The translations under genes were made by a program, and so were the position numbers. Of a stretch of DNA of 64,000 bases, positions 27,353-35,774 are shown piece after piece; the first letter of the stretch is position 1; every line of letters begins with the position of its first letter. The notes beneath the pieces are model-generated. The model was not told the origin of the DNA and did not search any database. It saw only the letters and a program-made list of their open reading frames with translations. The stretch comes from an uncultured virus (IMG/VR IMGVR_UViG_3300037153_000351) (taxonomy: Duplodnaviria > Heunggongvirae > Uroviricota > Caudoviricetes): IMG/VR virus record IMGVR_UViG_3300037153_000351. One strand, 5' to 3'.

Positions 27353-27603
27353 CCAAACGACGACAGCATGACCGCGTGTGCGCGGGGGCCGACCGCATCC
27401 TTGCGGCGATCGAAACCATGAGCGAGCCGGAAGGAAAATCCGCGCTCACGATGGCAATCATTGCCGTCATCGCAACCACGAGCGGCACCGCCGAGGAACG
27501 CCGCGGGCAGATCCGCACGCTGTGCAACATCCTCAACGAAAACCTGTTCGGCGAGGACGAGCCCGGGATCGAACTCCCCGCCGAACCGCGCACGCTGCAA
27601 TGA
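27349..27603 (+). CDS. hypothetical protein
   Basis: 84 aa, coupled. Confidence 0.6.
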   Translation: MTKRRQHDRVCAGADRILAAIETMSEPEGKSALTMAIIAVIATTSGTAEERRGQIRTLCNILNENLFGEDEPGIELPAEPRTLQ

Positions 27604-27869
27604 AAAAGATAGACGAGCTCCGCGGCGACGAGGCCCACGAGGCCGTCGAATGTGCACAGGAATGCGGGCGCTTGCTCATGGGATTGCCGCCGGAAATTCA
27701 GGCCGCCGCCTTGCTCGACCTCGTCGCCACCTATCTCGCGGGATGGCCGACGCCGGAACGGCAAAAGGTGTTGAATGATTTCCTCGCGCATTTGCCGGGA
27801 ATGATCGAGGTGAACGAAAGGATCCGGTTCGGCGACGCGGGCCATCCGGAAAATAAACGGGAGCATTGA
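27600..27869 (+). CDS. hypothetical protein
   Basis: LMGLPPEIQAAALLDLVATYLAGW. Confidence 0.6.
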   Translation: MKKIDELRGDEAHEAVECAQECGRLLMGLPPEIQAAALLDLVATYLAGWPTPERQKVLNDFLAHLPGMIEVNERIRFGDAGHPENKREH

Positions 27870-28018
27870 CAACATGATCATGTCGGAAGGCGAACGGCGG
27901 TTGCGCAATCTGGAAAATCAAATCAGTCACGCGAGAACCGAACTTGAATATTGGCAACAGCAACTCGTTCGGTTGCTTGAACGAATGGAACATGAACAGA
28001 AACAAGCGGAGGCATGAC

Positions 28019-28351
28019 ATGCGACGCGACGACCGCCGAGGACGGGCCGTCATTCATGGATTAGAGACTCTGATCGTGGCCGCGCTCGTGGGCGCAATCC
28101 TTGCCACGGTTGCCATTCTCAACCGAGCGCACGGCGGCGAAGCGTTCTATGATCGGAACGGTTCATTCGCCGGAAGCTCCAGCACGCACGGCAATTCGAC
28201 GACCTTCACCGACCGCAACGGCCGATTTGACGGCACGGCCATTCGCAACAGCAACGGCACGACCTCGTTCTATGACCGCTCCGGGCGGTTCACAGGCTCG
28301 GCCTCGCCGACCGGGACGAACAGCAATCCGTTAAGCGGAGGGCGGAAATGA
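28019..28351 (+). CDS. exported protein with short internal repeats
   Basis: TM/signal segment then three F[YT]DR[NS]G.F.G repeats. Confidence 0.65.
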   Translation: MRRDDRRGRAVIHGLETLIVAALVGAILATVAILNRAHGGEAFYDRNGSFAGSSSTHGNSTTFTDRNGRFDGTAIRNSNGTTSFYDRSGRFTGSASPTGTNSNPLSGGRK

Positions 28352-28596
28352 AAAGAGATTTCTATTTTGTGCCTCATGCTGTGCAAACGGAGATCATGGC
28401 GCTTTCGGAGGAAGCCAAGGCCGATGTGATTTATTGGCTCGCAATTCGAGCAATGGCGTCAACCGAAAGTAAATGGATCAATACCTACGGCGAGAACGAA
28501 ATTGTTCAAATGGTGCGCAAGGGAATCGACGCCATGATTGACGCCCGTCGTAAGAAGATAAAATATCGGGAAGCCTTAATAAGGGTGCGCCGATGA
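28348..28596 (+). CDS. hypothetical protein
   Basis: 82 aa, coupled, lower GC. Confidence 0.6.
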   Translation: MKRDFYFVPHAVQTEIMALSEEAKADVIYWLAIRAMASTESKWINTYGENEIVQMVRKGIDAMIDARRKKIKYREALIRVRR

Positions 28597-28960
28597 CGAT
28601 GATCGAAGCGCCCACCACGCGCGGCCGCACGATCAAGTTCACGCCTGAACGGATCGAGCAAATCAAGAACCTCGTCGAGCGCGGCATGTCAGCATGTTTG
28701 GGCCGCCGCAGGCTAATTCCGAGGCGTGAGCATGCGGCGGCCCATTGCGGCCGAAACTTCCGCCCTTGCCACCGGACAAGGCGGAGGGCAACGGCGATAG
28801 GTCATGGAGTCTTGTTCTCCGCCTGCGCGGGAGCGTGCGCGAATTCCCGTTGAATTTGTCACGCGAGGAAATGCACGAGCTTGCGCTGCGCTCAATGGTG
28901 CGTGGGATCCGGATTTCGGAAGTGATCGGCGAAATCATCCGACAGGAGCTCAAGAAATGA
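28593..28960 (+). pseudogene. probably disrupted DNA-binding regulator
   Basis: RGRTIKFTPERIEQIKNLVERGMS in one frame; a protein-like tail (..ELALRSMVRGIRISEVIGEII) in another frame after a stop at 28727. Confidence 0.4.
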
Positions 28961-29139
28961 AACGCAAACCACGAAGAATTTGGGCGGCGGCCAGCAAGGT
29001 TAGATTCCTGCTTAACAAAATCGAAATCACGCTTTGCGATGAGGACCAACTCACTGTCTATATTAGTCCCGACGTTATTGAGGTGACACGCGGCGGTCGA
29101 AAAACCATCCGCCGTCTGTTTCACGAGATCGCCCAATGA
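28957..29139 (+). CDS. hypothetical protein
   Basis: MKRKPRRIW.., coupled. Confidence 0.55.
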   Translation: MKRKPRRIWAAASKVRFLLNKIEITLCDEDQLTVYISPDVIEVTRGGRKTIRRLFHEIAQ

Positions 29140-29567
29140 AATTCGCCATCGTCCGCTGCGGCGAGCACGTCGTCGAATACATCGACGCCGACATGCTCGA
29201 ACAGGTGTTGACGAAAGCGGGGCTCGCTTCCGGGAGCATTGATTTCGCGACAATCCAGCATCCGACCGATGCGGCCTATGGAATCGAAATCGCCGTTTAC
29301 GAATACGGCCTCTATGCCGACCCCTCTGCGCAAGAATATTTTTCGATAGGCCGCGCTCTGTTCGCCGGCAATGCCGTGCTGTTCGGCTTCGACGAGGCCG
29401 GCAACACGGTTGACATTCCCCTGCATCCGCTGTTTCCGCAATGGTATCGCGACGGGCACGACGTCGAGGCCGCCATCCGGGCCGGCAAAATCGACCGGCC
29501 GGTGTTCGTGGTCAACGGCGTCATCATGTGGCAATGGCCCGACCGCAAACCGGACAACGTACCATGA
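29136..29567 (+). CDS. hypothetical protein
   Basis: VYEYGL..YFSIG..FAGNAVLFGFDEAGNT. Confidence 0.7.
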   Translation: MKFAIVRCGEHVVEYIDADMLEQVLTKAGLASGSIDFATIQHPTDAAYGIEIAVYEYGLYADPSAQEYFSIGRALFAGNAVLFGFDEAGNTVDIPLHPLFPQWYRDGHDVEAAIRAGKIDRPVFVVNGVIMWQWPDRKPDNVP

Positions 29568-29830
29568 TGATCGATCCCGCCGAGGCGCGCCGCATGCTCG
29601 TCGCGCTACTGCGCAATCCGAACGATACGCTCCCCGACGTTTCGGCACTCGACAGCGACGAGCGCCTGTTCGCGATTCCTACATGCGCCGCGGTCATGAT
29701 CGAGGAAAGCATCTGCGCGACGGCGGCCTATGACGCCGAGGCGGCGATGCTCGGCCTCGATTCGCTTGTCCATTCGATGCGCGCGCATGTGGTAGAAATT
29801 TGCCAGCGCGAGCGGGCGACGCGACAATGA
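29564..29830 (+). CDS. hypothetical protein
   Basis: Coupled ORF. Confidence 0.55.
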   Translation: MMIDPAEARRMLVALLRNPNDTLPDVSALDSDERLFAIPTCAAVMIEESICATAAYDAEAAMLGLDSLVHSMRAHVVEICQRERATRQ

Positions 29831-30024
29831 GCAAGCGCGTTCGCATCCGCGCGGGCACAGGCCGACGTCTCGGTTTCTATATCGTCGAGCTTCACGTTCG
29901 CGGAAGATTCAATTCCGAATGGTGGGACACCTTGCGCCTGTTCACGAAGCTCGAAACCGCGGTCGCATGGTGCGCCGAACAGGGATTCGAGCTTGATAAC
30001 CCGATAGAGGACGAACATGGTTGA
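29827..30024 (+). CDS. hypothetical protein
   Basis: Coupled ORF. Confidence 0.55.
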   Translation: MSKRVRIRAGTGRRLGFYIVELHVRGRFNSEWWDTLRLFTKLETAVAWCAEQGFELDNPIEDEHG

Positions 30025-30220
30025 GATCGTCTGCACGTTGCTCGTCGTGCTCGGCGTCGTGGCCGTGGTGCAAACCATCGTTAAGGCCGTCGTGTCGTGG
30101 CGCTTGGCCAAGCTCGCTATCGAGGCCGAGGACCGCCGCAAGCGCGATGGCATCCTCGAATGGCGCGACGTCCCGCAGGCCGAAGTCATGCGGGAATGGC
30201 CGCACGACCGGAGGCATTGA
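30017..30220 (+). CDS. small membrane protein
   Basis: N-terminal TM; last gene before the terminator. Confidence 0.55.
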   Translation: MVEIVCTLLVVLGVVAVVQTIVKAVVSWRLAKLAIEAEDRRKRDGILEWRDVPQAEVMREWPHDRRH

Positions 30221-30246
30221 ACCACAGGTGCCGGCGCGCAAAAGCA

Positions 30247-30271
30247 AAAGGCCGCCCGGAGGCGGCCTTTT
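30247..30271. terminator. bidirectional terminator between converging early and late operons
   Basis: AAAAGGCCGCC-CGGA-GGCGGCCTTTT. Confidence 0.85.
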
Positions 30272-30289
30272 TCGTTGCAGGGTAGGCGG

Positions 30290-31924
30290 TCATCTGCGCC
30301 GGCGCGAGAACCGGCGCGAGCGCGGCCCCTCGTCGTCGGGGAGGGCGGTTTGCTCGACCGTCACTGTGACATTGCCCCGGGTCGCGATCGCGACCTTGAC
30401 CTCGGCGGGCTCGCCGGGTTCGGGTTCCGGGTCGGGCCCGGGTTCGGGTGTCGTGTCCATGGCTTGCTCCACGTCGATTAGAAAGTCGGCGACCTGTGGA
30501 ATGATATCGACCTCGTGTCGCCCAATCGGGCCCCAATGCGCGCGCAAGAGACGCATGCCGATCCCGCTCACGAGGATGGTATAGGCGGGCGAAAATTTCG
30601 ACAGCCATTGCGAGGCCACGCCATCAGCCCCGCTCCCGTAGTTGTCGAGGTTCGAGGTTGTCGGCGAGAGTCCTTTCGTGAATGTCTCGCGGAACCCGTT
30701 CGGATCCTCCATGTATTCCTCGAACAGGCCCTCAATCTCGTCGGGCGCGCACGAACGGATGTTGTAGCTCGTTTGCAGTAATCCGGCCTCGCACGTGTCC
30801 GGCGACACATTACTCGCACTCATGTCCCTTCCCTCCCAATGCGAACCCGAGCTTTCCCGCATCGAAAGGCCGGTGATCAGGACAAACAGCGCCCGCAGCG
30901 TGTCGACGCCGCCGTCGCCAGTATCAATTTCGGCCTCGCGGAATTCGGCGGCGAGATAGGCGAGCGCATCCTTGTCCGGATTGCCAAGCGGTTGTGCCAT
31001 GAGCTCGGTGGCCGCGTCGCCGGCGTGCCATCGCGATAGGGCGAGCGAATAGACTTTGCCAAGGCCGGCATATAGTCCGGGAGGGGCACGCCCGCGGTCG
31101 GGCCACGAGAACGATTGCAGCGGCGAGTCATCGGCGAGCTCGTTGATGGCGTCCTCTAGATCTGCACTAAGGCCGGAATCGCCGGCGGCCATGCGCTCGT
31201 CGAGCTTGTCGATTTCTGCCCACGTGGCAGGCCCGCATACGCCATCCTTGGCGAGGCCCATGGCCCCCTGAAATCCCTTCACGCCAGCCTCGGTAACCGG
31301 GCCGAACTCGCCATCGGCGGGCAGGCCGAGGGACCGTTGTAATGCCATGACGTCATCGCCAGAATCGCCCTCGGCGATGGTGCGGCGCGGGGCCGGCGGC
31401 AACGGTGCCTCGCGTGGCCAGAAATATCCGATCAGATCGTCCTTGTCGAAATTGCTCACGCAAACGCAATCGCTTTGATTGCCGCCGCGCAGCGTTATCG
31501 ATCCATTCGTTTCGCCCTCGTACATGGCGACGTGTCCGCCGCCCTCGCGCACGAGCACGGCAATACATCCGATGCGTGGCGTGCCGATCTCAACGAAATC
31601 CGGATCCGATGCAAAGCTCTGCGCCCATAGAAATTTGTCGGTGTCTTCCGGTTCACGATAGGGCGGACGATAGCCGGCGACCGTGCAACAGAATGCCGTT
31701 GCGAGTCCGCACCACGCGGTTGAGTCGTGTCGATACGATAAACAGTACGCCTCCATTTCCTCATAGGTCTGCCCGATGATGCGGGCCATGGCGATGATCT
31801 TGTCGTTGTCGGCCTCACCCGGAACCTCGGCGAGTCCGGTGATTGCCTTCATCACATCGTGCCATGGCGCGCCGCTTCCGGCCGCCCTTGCGCGCAATTC
31901 CGCTAACGATTGTCCGGGCTTCAT
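30290..31924 (-). CDS. modular endolysin: TIGR02594/NlpC-CHAP-like domain, PG-binding domain, lysozyme-like domain
   Basis: AWCG..GGHV..GGNQSD; GDSGDDVMALQRSL..DGEFGPVTEAGVKGFQ..DGVCGPATW; MRESSG..EAGLLQTS. Confidence 0.8.
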   Translation of the reverse strand: MKPGQSLAELRARAAGSGAPWHDVMKAITGLAEVPGEADNDKIIAMARIIGQTYEEMEAYCLSYRHDSTAWCGLATAFCCTVAGYRPPYREPEDTDKFLWAQSFASDPDFVEIGTPRIGCIAVLVREGGGHVAMYEGETNGSITLRGGNQSDCVCVSNFDKDDLIGYFWPREAPLPPAPRRTIAEGDSGDDVMALQRSLGLPADGEFGPVTEAGVKGFQGAMGLAKDGVCGPATWAEIDKLDERMAAGDSGLSADLEDAINELADDSPLQSFSWPDRGRAPPGLYAGLGKVYSLALSRWHAGDAATELMAQPLGNPDKDALAYLAAEFREAEIDTGDGGVDTLRALFVLITGLSMRESSGSHWEGRDMSASNVSPDTCEAGLLQTSYNIRSCAPDEIEGLFEEYMEDPNGFRETFTKGLSPTTSNLDNYGSGADGVASQWLSKFSPAYTILVSGIGMRLLRAHWGPIGRHEVDIIPQVADFLIDVEQAMDTTPEPGPDPEPEPGEPAEVKVAIATRGNVTVTVEQTALPDDEGPRSRRFSRRRR

Positions 31925-31934
31925 GACGTTTCCC

Positions 31935-32564
31935 TCACCATCCTACGCGCGCGCCGACCTTGCCGCCCCAATTGCCGAACGGGTCGATGGCGAACCCGGC
32001 ATAACCCGACGCGCTGCCCCGCAGGCGCATGATTCCCGTCATTCCGAACGCCACGGCATTGTCGCCAAAGCCGAACCCGCCCGATATTGAGAACCGCTCA
32101 TAAGGTTCCAGCCATGCCGGTTGCGCCAAGGCGGAATTGAGCGCGACGATTTCGCCGAGCTTGACCGACAGGCCGGCCGGCCCTTGCGGTCCCATGGGGC
32201 CCTGCGGCCCCGCCGGCCCTTGTGCGCCGGTCGCGCCGGTCGCCCCGGCCGCGCCGGTGGCCCCTACGGCCCCGCTTGTGCCCGCGGCCCCCACGGCCCC
32301 GGTCGCCCCCGTCGCTCCGGTTGCCCCCGTCGCCCCGGGCGGCCCGGGCGGGCCCGGTTGGCTGGCGCAATTGCGCAAGTCGAGGTTGATATTGTAATTG
32401 CCGCCGCCCGGTTGGATGGATGTTCCCGGGCCGAATGTCTGCCCCTGCGGTTGGCGGGTTGCCGTCCATAGGCCGCATCCGGTCGTCGACCACATCGGAA
32501 TATTGTCGGCGAGCGCCGGCGTGGCACCAACCGCGATAAACGCCGCGAGAACGAGCCGCTTCAT
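31935..32564 (-). CDS. collagen-stalk protein with YadA-like trimeric autotransporter anchor
   Basis: Signal peptide, about 20 Gly-X-Y triplets, amphipathic beta C-terminus ending GGKVGARVGW. Confidence 0.7.
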   Translation of the reverse strand: MKRLVLAAFIAVGATPALADNIPMWSTTGCGLWTATRQPQGQTFGPGTSIQPGGGNYNINLDLRNCASQPGPPGPPGATGATGATGATGAVGAAGTSGAVGATGAAGATGATGAQGPAGPQGPMGPQGPAGLSVKLGEIVALNSALAQPAWLEPYERFSISGGFGFGDNAVAFGMTGIMRLRGSASGYAGFAIDPFGNWGGKVGARVGW

Positions 32565-33031
32565 TTGTGATGCTCGACGTGCGGGATCGGTTCGGCGGAT
32601 CCGACCGGCGTAATTGTGCCGGCCACGGCCTCGCCCGCCACGCATTCCACATCCATCGGCGTGACCAGCGGTCGGGCACCCTCGCCGAGGTCGGCGTCGG
32701 CGATCGCCGTGATCTGCACCTGTCCGAGCTTGCCGGCCGCGCGCACAAGCGCGTTGAACGAATCCTCGGGATCGACCGTCACCGTGGCAATCGTGTCGTC
32801 ACTCGAATTCCAACGCACGTCGCCGTCGACCTTTGCGGGATTGCCCGCGCCGTCGACGTAATCGACCTTCACCTGTACTTGCGTATCAACCGCGAGCGTA
32901 TATGCCATGTCATTTCCCCTTGCTCTGATTGTGAAATTGCCGTGACGCACCGTGACGAAACAACCGGCTTTGCTCGGCTCGGTGAGGATTTCGAGCGTGC
33001 CGCCAAGCTTGAATGCGACCGTCGTCGTCAT
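32561..33031 (-). CDS. Ig-like (Big_2-type) domain protein
   Basis: VRWNSSDDTIATV..VRAAGKLGQVQITA. Confidence 0.7.
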   Translation of the reverse strand: MTTTVAFKLGGTLEILTEPSKAGCFVTVRHGNFTIRARGNDMAYTLAVDTQVQVKVDYVDGAGNPAKVDGDVRWNSSDDTIATVTVDPEDSFNALVRAAGKLGQVQITAIADADLGEGARPLVTPMDVECVAGEAVAGTITPVGSAEPIPHVEHHK

Positions 33032-33153
33032 CCGCGCGCCGCATACCAAATTGCCATGCCGACCATGATCATGACGATACCGGCCGCGGCATAAATCCAC
33101 AGGTTCTCGCGGCGGGTTTCGTTGTCGCTTGTTCGTTGTCGGCGTCGCGCCAT
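33028..33153 (-). CDS. 41-aa single-TM peptide (not in ORF track)
   Basis: MARRRQRTSDNETRRENLWIYAAAGIVMIMVGMAIWYAARG*, ATGA overlap. Confidence 0.55.
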   Translation of the reverse strand: MARRRQRTSDNETRRENLWIYAAAGIVMIMVGMAIWYAARG

Positions 33154-33198
33154 GTCAGCCCCCGAAAGAAATCGCGTGTGCTCGATTCCCCACATCGG

Positions 33199-33567
33199 TC
33201 ACCACCGAATCAAGGTACGGCCGGGGCCGGTATAGCCCCGAGAATACACGACCCAATCCGAAAGCACCTTGAGGTGACGGTTTTCGAGAAATGTGATTTT
33301 CTGTTGCCACGTCGTGGCACCGTCGCCGCAATTATTCCACGCCGAAAACGCCATTTCGCCGGAAGCAATCCAACGTCCCTCGCCGAGGCGCACGACCTTC
33401 GTGATATCACACGTCGCGCGCGAGCTTGCGAGCCGTTGCTTGTCGACTTGCAAGAAATTGTCGCCTTGCCAGCAAACCGACCGCGAATAAATCAGATATG
33501 AACTGTCTAATTGCCAGCGCACAGGATTGCACCACAGGCCGAGCAACAGCGCGGGAAGCTCCAACAT
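33199..33567 (-). CDS. hypothetical protein
   Basis: 122-aa ORF, LPALLLGLWC start. Confidence 0.55.
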   Translation of the reverse strand: MLELPALLLGLWCNPVRWQLDSSYLIYSRSVCWQGDNFLQVDKQRLASSRATCDITKVVRLGEGRWIASGEMAFSAWNNCGDGATTWQQKITFLENRHLKVLSDWVVYSRGYTGPGRTLIRW

Positions 33568-33687
33568 TTTGCCCGAATGTCCCTGTTACGTGCTCTTGCA
33601 TGGTGCAGCGGCGAGGCAACCGAACCGACAGCCTTGCGCCGCTCAACCTTTACCCCCGGCGCGCGTTGCATCCAGCGCCGGGGTTCT

Positions 33688-34089
33688 TCATCCCGGACAT
33701 ACGGGTGGCATCCACTTCAAAGCGTTTGCTCGACTCCCGAGATATGCACGAATGCCGGTTGCCATGCCGGTGACCGCTCGTCGTGGCTGGTCGGTGCTGT
33801 CCTTTAACCAGATAGAGAAGATGTGCTTGGTGTGCTCTTTAAGGGCTTCGTCTATGCCTTCCAGTACGAGGTCACGAATACGCTCGCGCGTGGCTTCGTC
33901 CATACATATTTCCGGCTGGATGATCTGGCTCTCCGCGCTCGCCAGCCCATATCCGGGCCGTGCTGTTTCATCTTCTTCCCAATTGCCTGTGAGGTAACCA
34001 TATAGCGCGAGCGCGAACAGCACCGCGAGCACGATCACGACCGTGATCGCCACGCGGTGCCCGATCGAAAGATCTTGCAAGCGCCTCAC
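33688..34089 (-). CDS. N-terminally membrane-anchored protein (lysis region)
   Basis: Single N-terminal TM followed by a helical region. Confidence 0.6.
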   Translation of the reverse strand: MRRLQDLSIGHRVAITVVIVLAVLFALALYGYLTGNWEEDETARPGYGLASAESQIIQPEICMDEATRERIRDLVLEGIDEALKEHTKHIFSIWLKDSTDQPRRAVTGMATGIRAYLGSRANALKWMPPVCPG

Positions 34090-34310
34090 GTCTTTTCCTT
34101 AACCGTGACGTTGAGACAGGATTTTGCCAATCCCTCCCAACGCTCGATTTCATTGTCCCATCGCGCGTTTATCTTGACCGCAGCATAAGCCATCAAAAAC
34201 ATGAACAGGACGTTGAACACGACGAGAGCGAGCACGACTGGCGTCGACTTCAACGCCTCGACTGTCGCACCCGCGACCTTGCCGACTTGCTCACTTGCGC
34301 CCGGGTTCAT
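34086..34310 (-). CDS. putative holin-like membrane protein
   Basis: 74 aa, TM PVVLALVVFNVLFMFLMAY; upstream of the endolysin. Confidence 0.5.
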   Translation of the reverse strand: MNPGASEQVGKVAGATVEALKSTPVVLALVVFNVLFMFLMAYAAVKINARWDNEIERWEGLAKSCLNVTVKEKT

Positions 34311-35197
34311 CCATAGAAATCCTCGACTTGCAACACCGCGAGATCGGACACCGTCGAACCGACCCATCCGTGCGTGCCCGAGGTGTCGGTGTCCATCTTA
34401 CTTTTGTCGAGCGCGGACGCGTAATCGCCATATCGCCAACGCGAGAACCAATCCGATTCCGGATTGCGGGTGCGAACCCACGCCACCGATTCCAGCGGCG
34501 TCCACAACGGACTCGGGCCCGTAATATATCCGCTGATCATGACGCCGTTGCGTGCGTCAATGGCGAGCGCGAGCGGGTCGGTGACCAAATTGCCATCGGG
34601 CCGCGGCCCGGTTTGTCCGGTGTTGGATCCGCCATTGAAGGTCATTCGCGTCAACGCGGTCGCGACGAACGGCTTTGCCGATACCGGGCCGATATAGAGA
34701 TTCGCGAGCGTGAAGATCCCTTGCATTGTCACTCGTACCTGCAAACCGGCGGGCAGCATGAACCGCGACGGACCGAGCACAGTGCAGAACGTATAACCGT
34801 CCCAACCGCTGCCCCATCCGTTCATGAATTGGATTCCGTGCGGGTTCACGCGCGCGCGAATCTGCCAATCGGTGAGCGGCGGAGGGGGAGACGGCGGAGG
34901 CGGCGGTTGATAGAGCTTCAACCATTCGTCATACGGTAACCAGAAATGCCACGGCTCGTCGTCCGCGATGACGTTGTCGTGCCGCCACGCCATGCATTCC
35001 TCGAAGTCGTGGCCGTGCTCCGGTTCCTCGATCGTCTCGACGTTATCGATCTTGCAAATGCGTACGCCCGGGCTTTTTGCGCGCCAGCGCGAATCCGCCC
35101 GCGCCTCGTATTCCATCTCCGCGGTCGACATATCCTTATCCCGCGGATAAAGCGGGTTTTGCCACTTGTCCTCAAGATCTGCGGATTTCGGTCGCAT
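34307..35197 (-). CDS. hypothetical two-domain protein with poly-Pro linker
   Basis: QPPPPPSPPPPL between domains; start trimmed to MRPKSAD. Confidence 0.6.
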   Translation of the reverse strand: MRPKSADLEDKWQNPLYPRDKDMSTAEMEYEARADSRWRAKSPGVRICKIDNVETIEEPEHGHDFEECMAWRHDNVIADDEPWHFWLPYDEWLKLYQPPPPPSPPPPLTDWQIRARVNPHGIQFMNGWGSGWDGYTFCTVLGPSRFMLPAGLQVRVTMQGIFTLANLYIGPVSAKPFVATALTRMTFNGGSNTGQTGPRPDGNLVTDPLALAIDARNGVMISGYITGPSPLWTPLESVAWVRTRNPESDWFSRWRYGDYASALDKSKMDTDTSGTHGWVGSTVSDLAVLQVEDFYG

Positions 35198-35490
35198 CAC
35201 ATCAGCTTGTTGACGACGTTCTCGACCGCGGATTGCAGGTCGGTATCGGTGATCGATTCGCCGTTCGCTTGCACGGCCCCATCCATCACGACCGGTGGCG
35301 TGACCTGCCCCGCCACGCCATCCGGCGACACATAGCACTGTTGCGCCCATTTCTCGCGCGAATTGTGCGCGGGCGTGTTGGGCGCTTCATCCGAAATATA
35401 GGCGGCGTATTTCAGGCACGCGACTTTGACGCGGTCGCGAAATGCCTGATCGGCCATGAGCGCGGCGCTTTGCGCATAGTCCAAAGCCAT
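35197..35490 (-). CDS. conserved phage protein (tail-fibre region)
   Basis: SAALM.D..FRDRVKVACLKYA..ITDTDLQSAVE. Confidence 0.7.
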   Translation of the reverse strand: MALDYAQSAALMADQAFRDRVKVACLKYAAYISDEAPNTPAHNSREKWAQQCYVSPDGVAGQVTPPVVMDGAVQANGESITDTDLQSAVENVVNKLM

Positions 35491-35515
35491 TGCAAGATCC
35501 TCCGTGCGTTAAAGA

Positions 35516-35761
35516 TCAATCTGGCGGCGGGTTCGGCGCAGGCGGGGGACGGTTGACGTACACGCGTTGATTAAACGGCATGCCGTCGGGAATGCCTTGC
35601 GCAATCCGCCATGCTTCCCAATCCGCCGCGGGATGCGCGCCGTTGACCGTGGGATGTGTCGCGTCTCCCGAGTGCTCCATAATTTTGTCGCTCATGAACT
35701 CCTGTCCGCACAGAGTGCAACGCATGAGCTCCGCGACGCCGGCTCCCGGTTCGTCTGCCAT
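35516..35761 (-). CDS. small C2H2-like protein
   Basis: CTLCGQEF..H..H; GGAGG SD. Confidence 0.55.
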   Translation of the reverse strand: MADEPGAGVAELMRCTLCGQEFMSDKIMEHSGDATHPTVNGAHPAADWEAWRIAQGIPDGMPFNQRVYVNRPPPAPNPPPD

Positions 35762-35774
35762 CGAGTCCTCCCTT

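Noticed and set aside
33199..33567. Paralogy with secreted protein 25782-26138 (P....G.WC start)
   Set aside because: Similarity limited to a few residues; cannot be supported without alignment statistics
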